From: Chiloscyllium plagiosum
Taxonomy: Eukaryota
NCBI RefSeq assembly: GCF_004010195.1
Contig: NC_057719.1
Span: forward strand, 42,869,925 to 42,933,924
Direction: 5' to 3'
DNA: 64,000 nucleotides
How positions within the stretch are numbered: position 1 is the stretch's first letter; each line of letters starts with the position of its first letter. Shown one piece after another: positions 26,064-37,400 of the stretch. The notes below the pieces were generated by a model. That model was not told where the DNA came from and searched no databases. It saw only the letters and a program-made list of their open reading frames with translations. The translations under genes were made by a program, and so were the position numbers.

Positions 26064-26168
26064 CCTCTTTCCTTTGTATTCCTCTGCTAATGAATAGTCA
26101 TATACTGGTGAAGATCCCTGAGGCCTTGGTCTAACAGTTTCTACAAATTCTGTTGGCAGCTCACACAC
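26064..26168 (-). CDS. AHNAK2: AHNAK2-like N-terminal exon with RPRPQGSSPVY motif (below ORF-track length)
   Basis: Acceptor attctctcatag|GTG and donor AGG|gtacgt; 105 nt, phase 0-0. Encodes VCELPTEFVETVRPRPQGSSPVYDYSLAEEYKGKR, matching human AHNAK2 IRPRPQGSSPVYEY as recalled. Confidence 0.9.
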
Positions 26169-26631
26169 CTATGAGAGAATGAATTGCAAATAAAATCCAT
26201 TCCTTTAAAACATTAGCTTATTCTCAAAATATTATATCAAAATTATAATGAGCGTGTAAAAGATTATTTTAAATGAATCTTTTTAATATTTTGCAATGGA
26301 GTAGCAATAACTGATACAATCATTGACATTACTCTGCCACTTGCTAGCTCAGCAGTTTGTATGAAGATCTAAGCATTGCTGGTACAACTTCAAATATTTA
26401 TCAGACTAAAAGCTGAAAATAGCACAAAAAGCAACAGTATTTTGTGTAAGTGCATATTTGTTCAATGAATGTGATAAAACCAAATTAGAAATGTTTATTT
26501 AACTGATATTGCATTTAATAAATTCTGTTTTTTTTTTAAGTTGTACTTTAAAACACCAGTGCATAATAAAATTAACGTAAAGAAGTATTTCACAAAATGA
26601 CTTTACAGATTTAAAAAAATATATTACTTAC

Positions 26632-26684
26632 AGAATCACGATCCCCAGGGTCTACCTCAGCCTCTTTTAAACACTGGACAGAAC
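26632..26684 (-). CDS. AHNAK2: AHNAK2-like small N-terminal exon (likely second coding exon)
   Basis: Acceptor cacttttatag|GT TCT and consensus donor TCT|gtaagt; 53 nt, phase 1 to 0. Encodes (G)SVQCLKEAEVDPGDRDS, in phase with 26064-26168. Confidence 0.78.
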
Positions 26685-27149
26685 CTATAAAAGTGTTGAG
26701 ATAAATGACACTTAGTAATTGAATAACATACAGCAACAACTGCGCACATACTCCAGAGTTCTTGTTACATATGTTCTGATAACACATGCAAGCATTTCAT
26801 TTAGTCCTGTTTCTAAAATGGTCACTGATTCCCACATCAGAAATTTAATAGACGAGAATAAGCATCGTATTTAGAACAATAAGATCAAATCTCTTCCTAA
26901 CATCATACATTGAAAGATCTCTGATTGTTGAAAACTACTTCTAATTATTACAAAAGTAATTATTTTTGAACCTCACAACAAAAGGCTTAACTTCAGGATA
27001 ATCGTAAAATAATACATCAGCAGAGAAGCGATACATTTTATCATCAGAGATAAAGGGTGCACTTTGTTTTACAGTATAATCAGTTTGCACAATCACACAG
27101 TTCAGCACAATAACACAAAAATGAATCTAAATCAATGAGTTGGGCTGTT

Positions 27150-27375
27150 CAAAACATAAACTGAAAAAACTGCAGATGCTGTAAATCGGAAAGAAAAACA
27201 GAAATTGCTGGAAAAGCTCAGCAGGTCTAGCAGCATCTGTGGAGAGAAATGTGAGTTAACATTTTGGGTTGAGTGCCTCTTCCTCAGAACACAGACCTGA
27301 AACATTAACTCTGATTTCTCTCTACAGATACTACCAGACCTGCTGAGCTTTTTCCAGCAATTACTGTTTTTTTTG
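27150..27375. mobile_element. Fold-back PLE-derived element (family A-related, older)
   Basis: aaacagaaattgctggaaaagctcagcaggtct is inverted as agacctgctgagctttttccagcaattactgttt. Confidence 0.72.
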
Positions 27376-28509
27376 TTGAAAGCATGTATTTTACAAAAGT
27401 GAACAAGGCATGATTTTTGTTATAAAGCCTTTGTAAATGAGTCAATTGCTTTTATAATGCCCAGAGAGCAGAAAGAGAGAGAGAGATCCTTAACGTGTAT
27501 TTTTTTAATTACTGTATTTTAAATTACTGTTCCTTTAATCAACTGTTGTCAACATGAGTATCATTATTCATATGATACCAGCTGACTACAATTTCTGGAA
27601 AATTAAGATAAGTTGTAACCAGGGAAAAAAGCATGTATCATCCTCCTGGACTGTCACATTATATAGACATTACAGCCAAGCTAATACAATGAAACAATAG
27701 ATGAGATATCCACACCAGCCAGTTCCTAACAAAGCAAAGCATTGAAATACATTATGTTGGAGATAATGCTACAAAATGCATGGTTATCTGGTACACAATG
27801 GATTTTAATGATACACCTCAAATCATCTCATTCACTAAAATATCTCAATCTGAAATCCTAGTCATGTAAATAAATTTGAGGACTCTAAAACAGTTTTAAT
27901 TTTAGAACTTTGACTTATGTAATAATTTTGTTTGTTACAGCAGAACACATCACTTCAGGTCCAGACTTAGCTACCGCCTGCTACTGGCTTCAATCTCTTT
28001 CAAAAGTCTGATGCCTGGAGTCCTTTCCCTGTGAACTGAGCCAATTTCCTGTTTACAACTGCTGCGCTCTCACCAGCAATTTGACAATATCTGACTCCTG
28101 CTGATTTCTACTTGACTGAAAGGACCACTTATTGAACACTGAATTATTAGACAGTCTAATTCACATGAACCAATACCAATATATTTGATATTGCCATTTG
28201 TGGTGTGTTACTCCTTTTCTTTCTGTCCCTTGGATACTTGTGAGCATGCGTTCTGAATCGTTTCCCTGGGTTTTGAATGTATGAGAAAACCCAACATTGT
28301 TTTAATTCAAAAGATATTGGGTCATGGGTCATCCTTAAATTGGACTTCAATAACATGGATGAGCAAACACACTACCTCTTGCTTTTTGAGAAAAGGAAAA
28401 GGAGAATAAAAGAAATTAAAACCCACCCATAGTAAGGACAGATGAGGGGAACAGTAAAAATGCTTCAATTCACCTCTCCCTCCCATCCTTAACATTCCAT
28501 TAAAGCATT

Positions 28510-28830
28510 CATAGAATATAGAACAGTACAGCATTGGAATGGGCCCTTCAGCCCACGATGTTGTGCTGAACATGACACCAAATTAAACTAAGCTCTTCTG
28601 CCTGCACTTGGCCCATAACCCTCCATTCTTTGCATATGCATGTGCTCATCTAAAAGCCCCTTTAATGCCCCCATATTATCTGCCTTCACCATCATCTGTA
28701 CGCATTCCAGATTCCTACCACTCTGTGTAAAAACAACTTGCCCCTCATATCTCTTTTGAACTTCCCCCTCACGCTAAATGCATGCCCCAATATTAGACAT
28801 TTCAATTGTATGAAAAAGAGTTTGAAGTAA
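28510..28830 (-). mobile_element. CR1-like LINE 3' end
   Basis: catagaatatagaacagtacagc...ggcccttcagcccacgatgttgtgc. Confidence 0.75.
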
Positions 28831-29424
28831 ATTTTATTGCAAGGATGGTAAACAATGATTTAACCCTGCATATTTTGACATAGCTTTTACTCGATCAAAT
28901 TGGCCATATTTTATAAATTGTGAGAACATATTGATACGTTTGTCAAACACATTTCATCATAGTTGCTTTATAATAACCTGGTGCAAACATTTGCACTTGG
29001 TACCTTTTGAATAGCAATAGACCATATTCTAGAATTCTACTCTGATAAACTGCTCAGAGTGTGCAGGCAAGTTGCTAAGTGTGTGGAATCAAGAACAGGA
29101 TATGAAATTTGGCTTCAGAGCAACTTCCTTGAGTGAGAGGTAACAGCTGTGCACAACAAAACACTCACCCAAAGGAACTGTGCTTATGAAGTCAACTGTG
29201 TTGGCTTTCCAAGATCTCTGCCAGGTTCAGAATTAAATTGTATATGTGCTACTTTTGCCTACACTTCATAAGGCAAATAATGGGCAGTGCAATCGGCCAA
29301 GATCTGAAGCTCTATGAACTGAGAGTTTGTGGTCCAAATAATTGTGGGATTCTGGATATTAGTGTTGGCCAGCAGATAGAAAGAACGAACATAGGAACAT
29401 TTCCAAAGAGCCTTTCATGATACT

Positions 29425-29715
29425 AAGGTATCGCAAAGCACTTTACAGTCAATGAAAAACAGTTGGATTGTAGTTATTAAATAATGGAGGAACAATGGCA
29501 CCATCATAAAGTCCTTCTCACAGCAATGAGGCAGTGATCAAATGTTAGTTAAGGAATAAATATTGATAGGACCCGGAGAAAAATTCTCCTGTTCTTTGAA
29601 TAGTCATTGTAATCACTTCTGTCCATCGGAGAGGACATATAGGGGCTTGGTTTAATGTCTTATTCAAAATATGGCACCTCTAACAGTGCAACACTTAAAG
29701 CACTGCACCATACTG
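29425..29715 (-). mobile_element. Ancient Deu-domain SINE (AmnSINE1/SacSINE1-like)
   Basis: Minus strand gaggtgccatattttgaataagacattaaaccaagcccc...aatatttattccttaactaacat resembles the Deu core as I recall it. Confidence 0.62.
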
Positions 29716-29919
29716 ACCAAACCGTGGTTAATGAGCCAAAAAGAGTGATGTGTCCAGGTTCAGCTGGTAGACGGTGTCAAGACCCTGGGAGATATTCAGA
29801 GGAAGCCATTAAATTGAGACTTAGCTGAAAGGACTTTAGTTAGAAAAAATGTCTTGAAAACTATTATTTTCCAATAAAAAAATCACAGACTTAGAAAGAT
29901 TCAATTGCAAAAAGATCAT

Positions 29920-30750
29920 CTCCACACCAACCCTATAGAGACTCCTCGGTGTCTTATATGTTTCAATCAAGTTGCCTTTTACTCTTCTAAACTCAAGCGA
30001 ATACAAGCCTAGCCTGTGCAATTTTTCTTTATGAGGAAACCCACTATTCAAGTTATTAGTCCAGTAAATTATAGCCAGACTGAATTGCATGCTGGTACAT
30101 CTGGGGAGTTCAGTAGGTCTAACCAAATATGAGCATAACAAGCTACAGGCTCAACAGCAGAAGACAACATAATTAACCAACGTAATGAGATCTTGTCTGA
30201 TGAGATAAACATCAGGAGATAATCTGATCAACTGAAATAATGAGATTATGTCTCCTGAAACAATACGATTTAGTGGCTTGCTGCATGCAGGAATGCAGGT
30301 ATTGAGTCACACATGCCTTTGAGAAATAATCCATACATATACTGGTGAACAGAACACTAGAGCAACAACCCAGGAACAACCTATCACAAGAAGACAGAGG
30401 AACCCTGAGCTAGAAGCCATAAAGCCTGTGAGCTTGGAGCAGAGAGACCACAACACCGGTAGTCAACCTCTGTTGGTGCCTAGCCAGTGTGACTCAGACT
30501 TGACTCATTGATCTTGCTTGGGAAGATAAGTATTGTTTATTTTTGGGGAATAGATTGTAGCACTTTAGAACAGAAGATAGTCACTTGCATTTTGGCAAAT
30601 ATTGATTTTGATTGAATGAAGTCAGAGTTTGTGAGTTTGTGTTCACTAAATAGACTTAGCAGCAGAGCCTCAGTCAACGCAACCTTCTCTGAACTCTATC
30701 CAATACATTTACATCTTACTTAAATAAAGTGACCGATGCTGTGCCCAGTA
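29920..30750 (-). mobile_element. CR1 fragment split by a ~615-bp unclassified insertion
   Basis: LHRLGLYSLEFRRVKGNLIETYK peptide; CR1 stops near 30068 and resumes near 30683. Confidence 0.65.
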
Positions 30751-30810
30751 CATCAGAGGTCATAGTGTCATGGAGATGTACAGCACAGAAGGCTGTGCAA
30801 TTAGATAATA

Positions 30811-31028
30811 CAGTCAGTTCTGCTATAATGCAATAGTTCCATTCTTGGGCAATCCTGTGTTACAAGAAAATCTTGTAATAGCAGCACCATTTAAACTAAT
30901 GGGGCCAAATTGTATCATAACCAGAACACACTTTAAAACTTCATGCTTTAAAAACAGTGTCCCCAATGTTTCAATCGTGTTATAGTGAATTTGTGTTAAC
31001 AAAATGCATGTTACAGCAAAACAACCTA
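30811..31028. mobile_element. Tigger/pogo-like MITE
   Basis: TA-flanked, imperfect TIRs cagtcagttctgctataa / ttacagcaaaacaaccta; a related copy in opposite orientation is at 53492-53710. Confidence 0.7.
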
Positions 31029-31325
31029 TATGCTTCCATTTTTTCATTATTCCTTCCAAAATAGGCAATTTCACATTTTCCCAGGCTAGGCAAACAAAGC
31101 TAATCAGTGGCCAGCACAGCAGTTTTGCTTTCACCTCTATATGTTATAAATCGTGGAAAAAGTTCCAGTTGTATAAGCTTAAAAGCTATTAAACATGTCA
31201 ACGCAAATATGTTGCTGATGCATAATACAACACCGATGTTCTACAAAGTTTCCTTTTCATTATAACTATGTTAGAAGATCAGGAAATGACCTATGGAGTT
31301 CTGATTTGTTAGTCTTGTTGAAAGT

Positions 31326-31680
31326 GTACTGACTTGCATCTTCCTGTAGTAATACACATAAAGGCAAAAAACTATGGATGCTGGAAATCTGAAAAAAACC
31401 AGAATGATGGAGAAACCCAGCAGATCTGGCAGCATCTGACTCATTCTGAAGAAGTGTCATACTGGTCTCAGCAAGTCTGGTAGCATCTATGGTGAGAGAA
31501 ACAGAGTTAACTCTTTGAGACAGGTATGACTCTTCTTCATAATGATTCAGATGCTGCCAGATCTGCTGAGTTCTCTACCATTCTCTGTGTTTGTTTTTCA
31601 GATTTCCAGCATCCATAGTATTTTGCCTTTAATTGAGTATACATATTTGTGTATTACTACAGGAAGATACAAGTAAATAC
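31326..31680. repeat. Large inverted repeat built from an older PLE-derived element plus flank
   Basis: acttgcatcttcctgtagtaatacaca...cagatctggcagcatctga is mirrored by tcagatgctgccagatctg...tgtgtattactacaggaagatacaagt. Confidence 0.8.
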
Positions 31681-31834
31681 AGGTAAATTAAAATAAATTT
31701 GCATTGGCGGATATCAGAAATTTTAAACACATTTGAAGGAACCACATCATCCAGTGTGAAATTTCTTGAATTAAAATGGAAGATGACAGCATTGATGCAT
31801 TACAATAATGTATATAAATAATGCCTCTCATAGA

Positions 31835-32172
31835 GGAAGCAATGGTCTAGTGATATTATCACTAGACTATTAGTCCAATAACTCAGTTAATATTCTGAGG
31901 ATCTGGGTTCATCATGACAGATAGTGGAATTCGAATTCAATGAAGATTCTGGGAGTAAGAGTGTAATGATGATCATGAAACCTCATTGTTGATTGTCAGG
32001 AAAAACCTACCTGGTCTGCTAGTGTCCTGTAGGCAAGGAAATTTGCCATCCTTACCTGGTCTGGCCTACATCTGACTCCATGCTCACAGTAGCATGGTTG
32101 ACTCTTAACAATTAGGGATAGGCTTAAGTGTTGGCTTAATCAGAGACTCCCACATCCCTTACGTGAATAACA
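31835..32172 (+). mobile_element. Older tRNA-headed SINE with cccacatccc...gaataa tail
   Basis: A-box-like head aatggtctagtgat. The tail is shared with 33770-33880 and 45840-46030. Confidence 0.55.
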
Positions 32173-32384
32173 GAAAGATGAATTACATTGAACAGCATTC
32201 CTACCGAGTAGGAAAAATGATTGATAAGATAGTTTTAAGGAAGCATTAGTTTTATACAATAATTTCAGGATATTTTTGGTCCTCTTGGAGACTGTGACTC
32301 ATTTGTTGCTGTCTACTTCTGTCTGGTTGGAGGGAGAATGAGAAATTGCATATTAGCGAGATGAAATGTCATAACATGAGCAAA

Positions 32385-33025
32385 GTTGCCACCCAAGTTG
32401 ATAGGGTTGTCAAGAAGACGTATGCATGTTGACTTTCATTAGCAGGGGGATTGAGCCACGAGGTTATGTTGCAACTCTATACAGCCCTGGTTAGAACACA
32501 CTTGGAATATTGTGTTCAGTTCTGGTCGCCTCATTATAGGAAAGATGTGGAACCTTCAGAGAGGGTGGAGAGGAGATTTACCAGAATGCTGCCTGGACTG
32601 GAGGGCATGTCTTATGAAGAAAGTTTGAGAGAGTTAGGGCTTTTCTCATTGGAGCAAAGAAGGATGAGAGGTGACATGATACAAGTGGACAAGATGAATG
32701 AGAAGCATAGATAGACTGGGTAGCCAGTGACTTTTTCCTATAGCAGAAATGTCTATCACGAGGAGGCATAATCTTAAGGTATTTGGAGGAAAGCTTAGGG
32801 GAGATGTCAGTGGTAGGATTTTTTACACAGACAGTGGTGGGTGTGTGGAATGCACTGCCATCAGTGGTAGTAGAATCAGATATATTAGGGATGTTTAAGC
32901 GACACATGGAAGATAGTACAATGAAGGGTGTGTAGGTTAGTCTGATGTTTGAGTAGGATAAAAGGTCAGCACAACTTCGAAAGCCAAAGGGCCTATACTG
33001 TGCTGTACTGTTCTAAGTTCTATGT
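32385..33025 (+). mobile_element. CR1 LINE 3' fragment
   Basis: MLQLYTALVRTHLEYCVQFWSPHYRKDVE...LGLFSLEQRRMRGD peptide and tail gctgtactgttctaagttctatg. Confidence 0.9.
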
Positions 33026-34902
33026 AGTTAATGGTAATGACAAAAATGGTTTAGATTTTGACTACCAAGGTAAGTCGCTCAAATTGTGAACTTTCCGAAT
33101 CTGCCTCAGTAAAAATTATCATGGACGTTTCATTGGGGTATGGGGGTCATTGCAGTTGCTGGATGAAGCAGAACATAGGCAGCCAGAGGGATAGACAAAC
33201 ACCAAGGTGAACTGGTTATAAGGCCTCCTGTAGCTCTCTGGGAATGCATCCCAGTTATTTCAGAAATTGTGAAGTCCTCTATCTGTCATACCAGCTCATG
33301 TCTCTGTCCATGGCCCTTACAACCTCCATGTTAACTCTGTGCCAACTCATGCCCATCTCCCTCCTCCCCATAGTCCCTGATATCTTCCATGCCACTCCTA
33401 TGACACTTGTCAAGTATCCACAAAAGAAGGATCTCAGGGGTCATGTGGAGAAGAAACACAATAAACTTCCAACAATCTACTACAGCTGTCACTCCAAGAT
33501 ACTCACTTTTATTTAGACCCCACATCAAAGAGACTAATTTTTTAACAGTTTCTTCAAGCTGTCAATCAAACTATGAACTCAAACATGTTGAACAAGTGCC
33601 TGTTCCAGTCCATATTGGTATCAATGACATACGGAGTTAGGAAGGAAATTAAAAAGTCAAGAGCAGCCATCTCAGAATTACTCCTGGTCCCACATGCTAG
33701 TGAGCATCAGAGTAAGCGTTTTGATCAAGTTAACATGTTGTGGGAGGTTTGATGTGGAGGAGTAGATGGACTGCAGCAGTTCAAGAAGGCAGCTCATTGC
33801 CACCTTCTCAAAGGTCAATAAGGGATAGGCAATAAATGCTGGCCACCCAGTGATGCCCATGTCCCACGAATGAATAAAAAATAGTTGGGGCTTCAAATTT
33901 CTGAGGCAATGGAACAAGATTGGAGCAGGTGGGACATATTCAATTTGAGTGACACCTGGATTATACCTCAACACGATCAAGACTAATATCCTCACAGAGA
34001 GATTTGCTACTGCTATTGGCAGGGGTAACTAGCTTGTCAGAGGTTTGTGAACTTGAGAGAACTCAGATTGCAAGGACATAAAGCTAGTAACAGGGAATGG
34101 AGGAGTGTCAAGTAAAGTTAGGACACATGTGAAATGACGGTGAGCATCAACTAAGTTTAGAATGCAGTATAATTTTAAAATTAAGGTCACTCTACCTGAA
34201 TACACAAATCATTCACAACAAGGTAGATTACTTAAAGTCACTATTAGAGGTAATTGAGGAAGATTTAATTGCCATTACAGGAACATAGCTGCAGGATGAC
34301 CCAAGCTAGCAACAAAACTTTCAAGAATATTCAAATTTAAGAGGGACAGGCCAAAATGTAAAGGAGATGCTATTGCACCGATAATAAGTACATGAGCATA
34401 TTAACATGAGAGGACATCAAACCAGAAGAACAAAATAAGAATCTGTTTAACTGGAACTAAGAAAATGGAAGGGGCAGCAAACATTGATCAGAGTCACCCA
34501 TAGGCCTTTAAACAATATTAGTTGCATGGGCCATGGTATGATTTGGGGAGATTAGAGAAATGTGTGGCTGGGTAGCACAGAAATCATGGGTAACTGCAAT
34601 CTGCATAGAGACAGAGTAAACCTAATGAACATTAATGCTGTGTTAGGGATGGGTTTGTAGAGCAGTGTGTCTAGCACTGACTACAGAACAGGCTATTTTT
34701 GATATAGGATTGCGTACGAAAAGGTGCTACTTCATAATCCTGTTGCAAAATAATCTATAGGGATGAGTGACGATAAAATGATAGAATATTACAATATGTT
34801 TGAAGTGTGAGGTACTCCAATCAGAAAACATGTATTAAATTTGAGTGATGAGACAGGGAAGTACATGCCTATTAGACTTACACATTGGAGTGAAAGTTTG
34901 AA

Positions 34903-35113
34903 AGTCAAAAAGTGTGGAGCTGGAAAATCACAGCAGGTCAGGCAGCATCCAAGGAGCAGGAGAGTTGACATTTCAGGCATAAACCTTTCATAAACCATTC
35001 CTATTGAAAAGCTTATACCCAAAACATCGGCTCTTCTGCTCCTGACCGGCTGTGCTTTTCCAGCACCACGCTTTTCAACTTTGAACTCCAGCATCTACAG
35101 TCCTCACTTTCTA
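34903..35113. mobile_element. Fold-back family A element
   Basis: Two opposed partial copies of the family A unit. Confidence 0.75.
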
Positions 35114-35114
35114 C

Positions 35115-35975
35115 TAGTCATAGAGTCATAGAGAAGTACAGCATGGAAACAGACCCTTCGGTCCAACTTGTCCATGCTGACCAGATATTCTAAGTTAATC
35201 TCGTCCCACCTGCCAGCACCCGACCCTTATCCCTCCAAACTCTAATATTGCAATTGTACCAGCCTCCACCACTTCCTCTGGCAGCCCATTCCACACACGC
35301 ACCACTCTTTGGCTGAAAAAGTTGCCCGTTAGGTCGCCTTTATATCTTTCCTCTCTCACCCTAAATAATCCCCTCTAATTCTGGACTCCCCCTCCACAGA
35401 GAAAAGACCTTGTCTATTTACCCTATTCATGCCCCTCATGATTTTATAAACCTCTATAAGGTCACCCCTCAGCCTCTGACGCTCCAAGGAAAACAGCCCC
35501 AGCCTATTCAACCTCTCCCTATAGCTCAAATCCTCCTACCCTGGAAATCCTTGTAAGTCTTTTCTGAACCTTTTCAAATTTCACAACATCCTTCCGATAG
35601 GAAGGAGACCAGAATTGCACGCAATATTCCAAAGCAATGTTCTGTACAGTCACAACATGACCTCCCAACTCCTGTACTCAATACTCTGACCAATAAAGGA
35701 AAGCATACCAAATGCCTTCTTCACTATCATATCTACCTGTGACTCTACTTTCAAGAAGCTATGAACTTGCACTCCAAGGTCTCTTTGTTGGACACTGCCT
35801 AGGACTTTACCATTAAGTATATAAGTCCTGCTAAGGTTTGCTTTTCAAAATGCAGCACCTCGCATTTATCTAAATCAAACTTCATCTGCCACTCCTCAGC
35901 CCACTTTCTCATCTGGTCCAAATCCTGTTGTAATCTGAGGTAACCTTCTTCACTATCCACTACACCTCCAATTTT
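35115..35975 (-). mobile_element. Young CR1 (HER1-like) LINE 3' fragment
   Basis: Reverse complement of 8370-8960 and 58277-59000; tail gtcatagagtcatagag. Confidence 0.9.
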
Positions 35976-37199
35976 CGCTGAAAATGTGAAAGGCTGTTAT
36001 AGAGGATTTGATCAACTGGCAATTAAACAATAATGATTTGATTAGGTATTGTCAAAATGGATGTAAATAGGAAATTGATGAATCTGTCAAATTTTTTGAG
36101 ACTGTTACTAACAGAATTAGCAAAGGTGGTGGGCATTGTTAACTTAGATTGTCAGAAGGCTTTTGATATAGCTTCCCTAAGGAGGTTAGTGAGCAAAGTT
36201 AAAGCACGTGAGATAAGGTGTAATGTACTGGCATGGATTATGGATTGTCTAGAAAGCAAAAAACAGGTAAAAATAAATTAGTCGTACTTGTGTGGAACAC
36301 TGTGACTAGTGAGGTATCGCAAGAATCAGTCCTTGGGCATGAATTGTTCACAATATGCATCAATAGTTTGAATGCAGGAATCAAGTGTAATATTTCCCAG
36401 TTTGCAGATGACACAAACTTAGGTTGGCATGTGTGAATGAACAAGAGAATGGCAGGTAGAATATAATGTGAAAATTTGTAAGGTTATTTACTTTGTTAGG
36501 AGGAACAGATGTGCAGAATATATAAGAGATTAGAAAGTGTAGATTTACAAAGGGAGTTGGGAGCTAAGAGTCTTTGTCAATGAGTCACTGAATGCTAACA
36601 CCCAGGTGGAGCAAAGAAGTATGAAGGCTAATGGCATGTAAGAGGATTTGAATACAGGAGTGGTGATGTCTTGCTTCAATTGTATAGAACCCTAGTTAGA
36701 CTGCACCTGGAATACCATGTGCAGTTTTGGTTCGCTTTTCTTAGGAATAATATTATTGCCATTCAGGAAATACAATATAGGTTCACCAGAATTGTTCCTC
36801 GTATAATAGGATTGTCCAATGGACAGAAATTGGGGAAACTCTATTCTCTAGAGTTTTGAACAATAAAAGATGATCTCCCTGAAACCTGCAGAATACTTAA
36901 GGGATAGATAGGGTAGATATAGGTAACATATGTCACCTTGTTAGAGAGCCTAGAGCCATAGACACAGTTTCAAAATAAGGGGAAGCCAAGGTAAAATTAG
37001 AATTCTCAATCTAGAGGAAGCTCAATTATTGGGTATGTTTCAAATAGAATTGACAGATTTCTACATACGATTAAATTAAAGGGACATTGGTACATTGTGG
37101 GGAACGCTGTTGAAATGAATGACCTGACATGATCATATTGAATGGTAATGTGGGCTTGCTGGGCTGAATGGCTTATTCCTGCTTCCATGTCTCTATAAT

Positions 37200-37400
37200 A
37201 AAAAAAAGAAAGTGCTGGAGAAACTCAGCAGGTCTGGCATCATGAGTGGAGAGAGAAACAGAATTGAACGTTTCAAATCCAGTATTATTCGTTACTTTGC
37301 TTCTTTCTCCATAGCTGCTGCAAAATCTGCTGGGTTTCACTCGTACTTTTTGTTTTAATTTCAGATCTCCAGAATCCACACTACTTGGCTTTTATTTCAA
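37200..37400. mobile_element. Older fold-back PLE-derived element
   Basis: gctggagaaactcagcaggtctggcatc...tttcagatctccagaatccac. Confidence 0.6.

Larger units (their letters stand above)
33570..37172 (+). mobile_element. Old CR1 LINE (ORF1/endonuclease to 3' end) interrupted by younger insertions
   Basis: VPVHIGINDI (ORF1 esterase-like), degenerate endonuclease region, LDCQKAFD, SQFADDTNL and LYRTLVRLHLEYHVQFW peptides. Confidence 0.75.
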
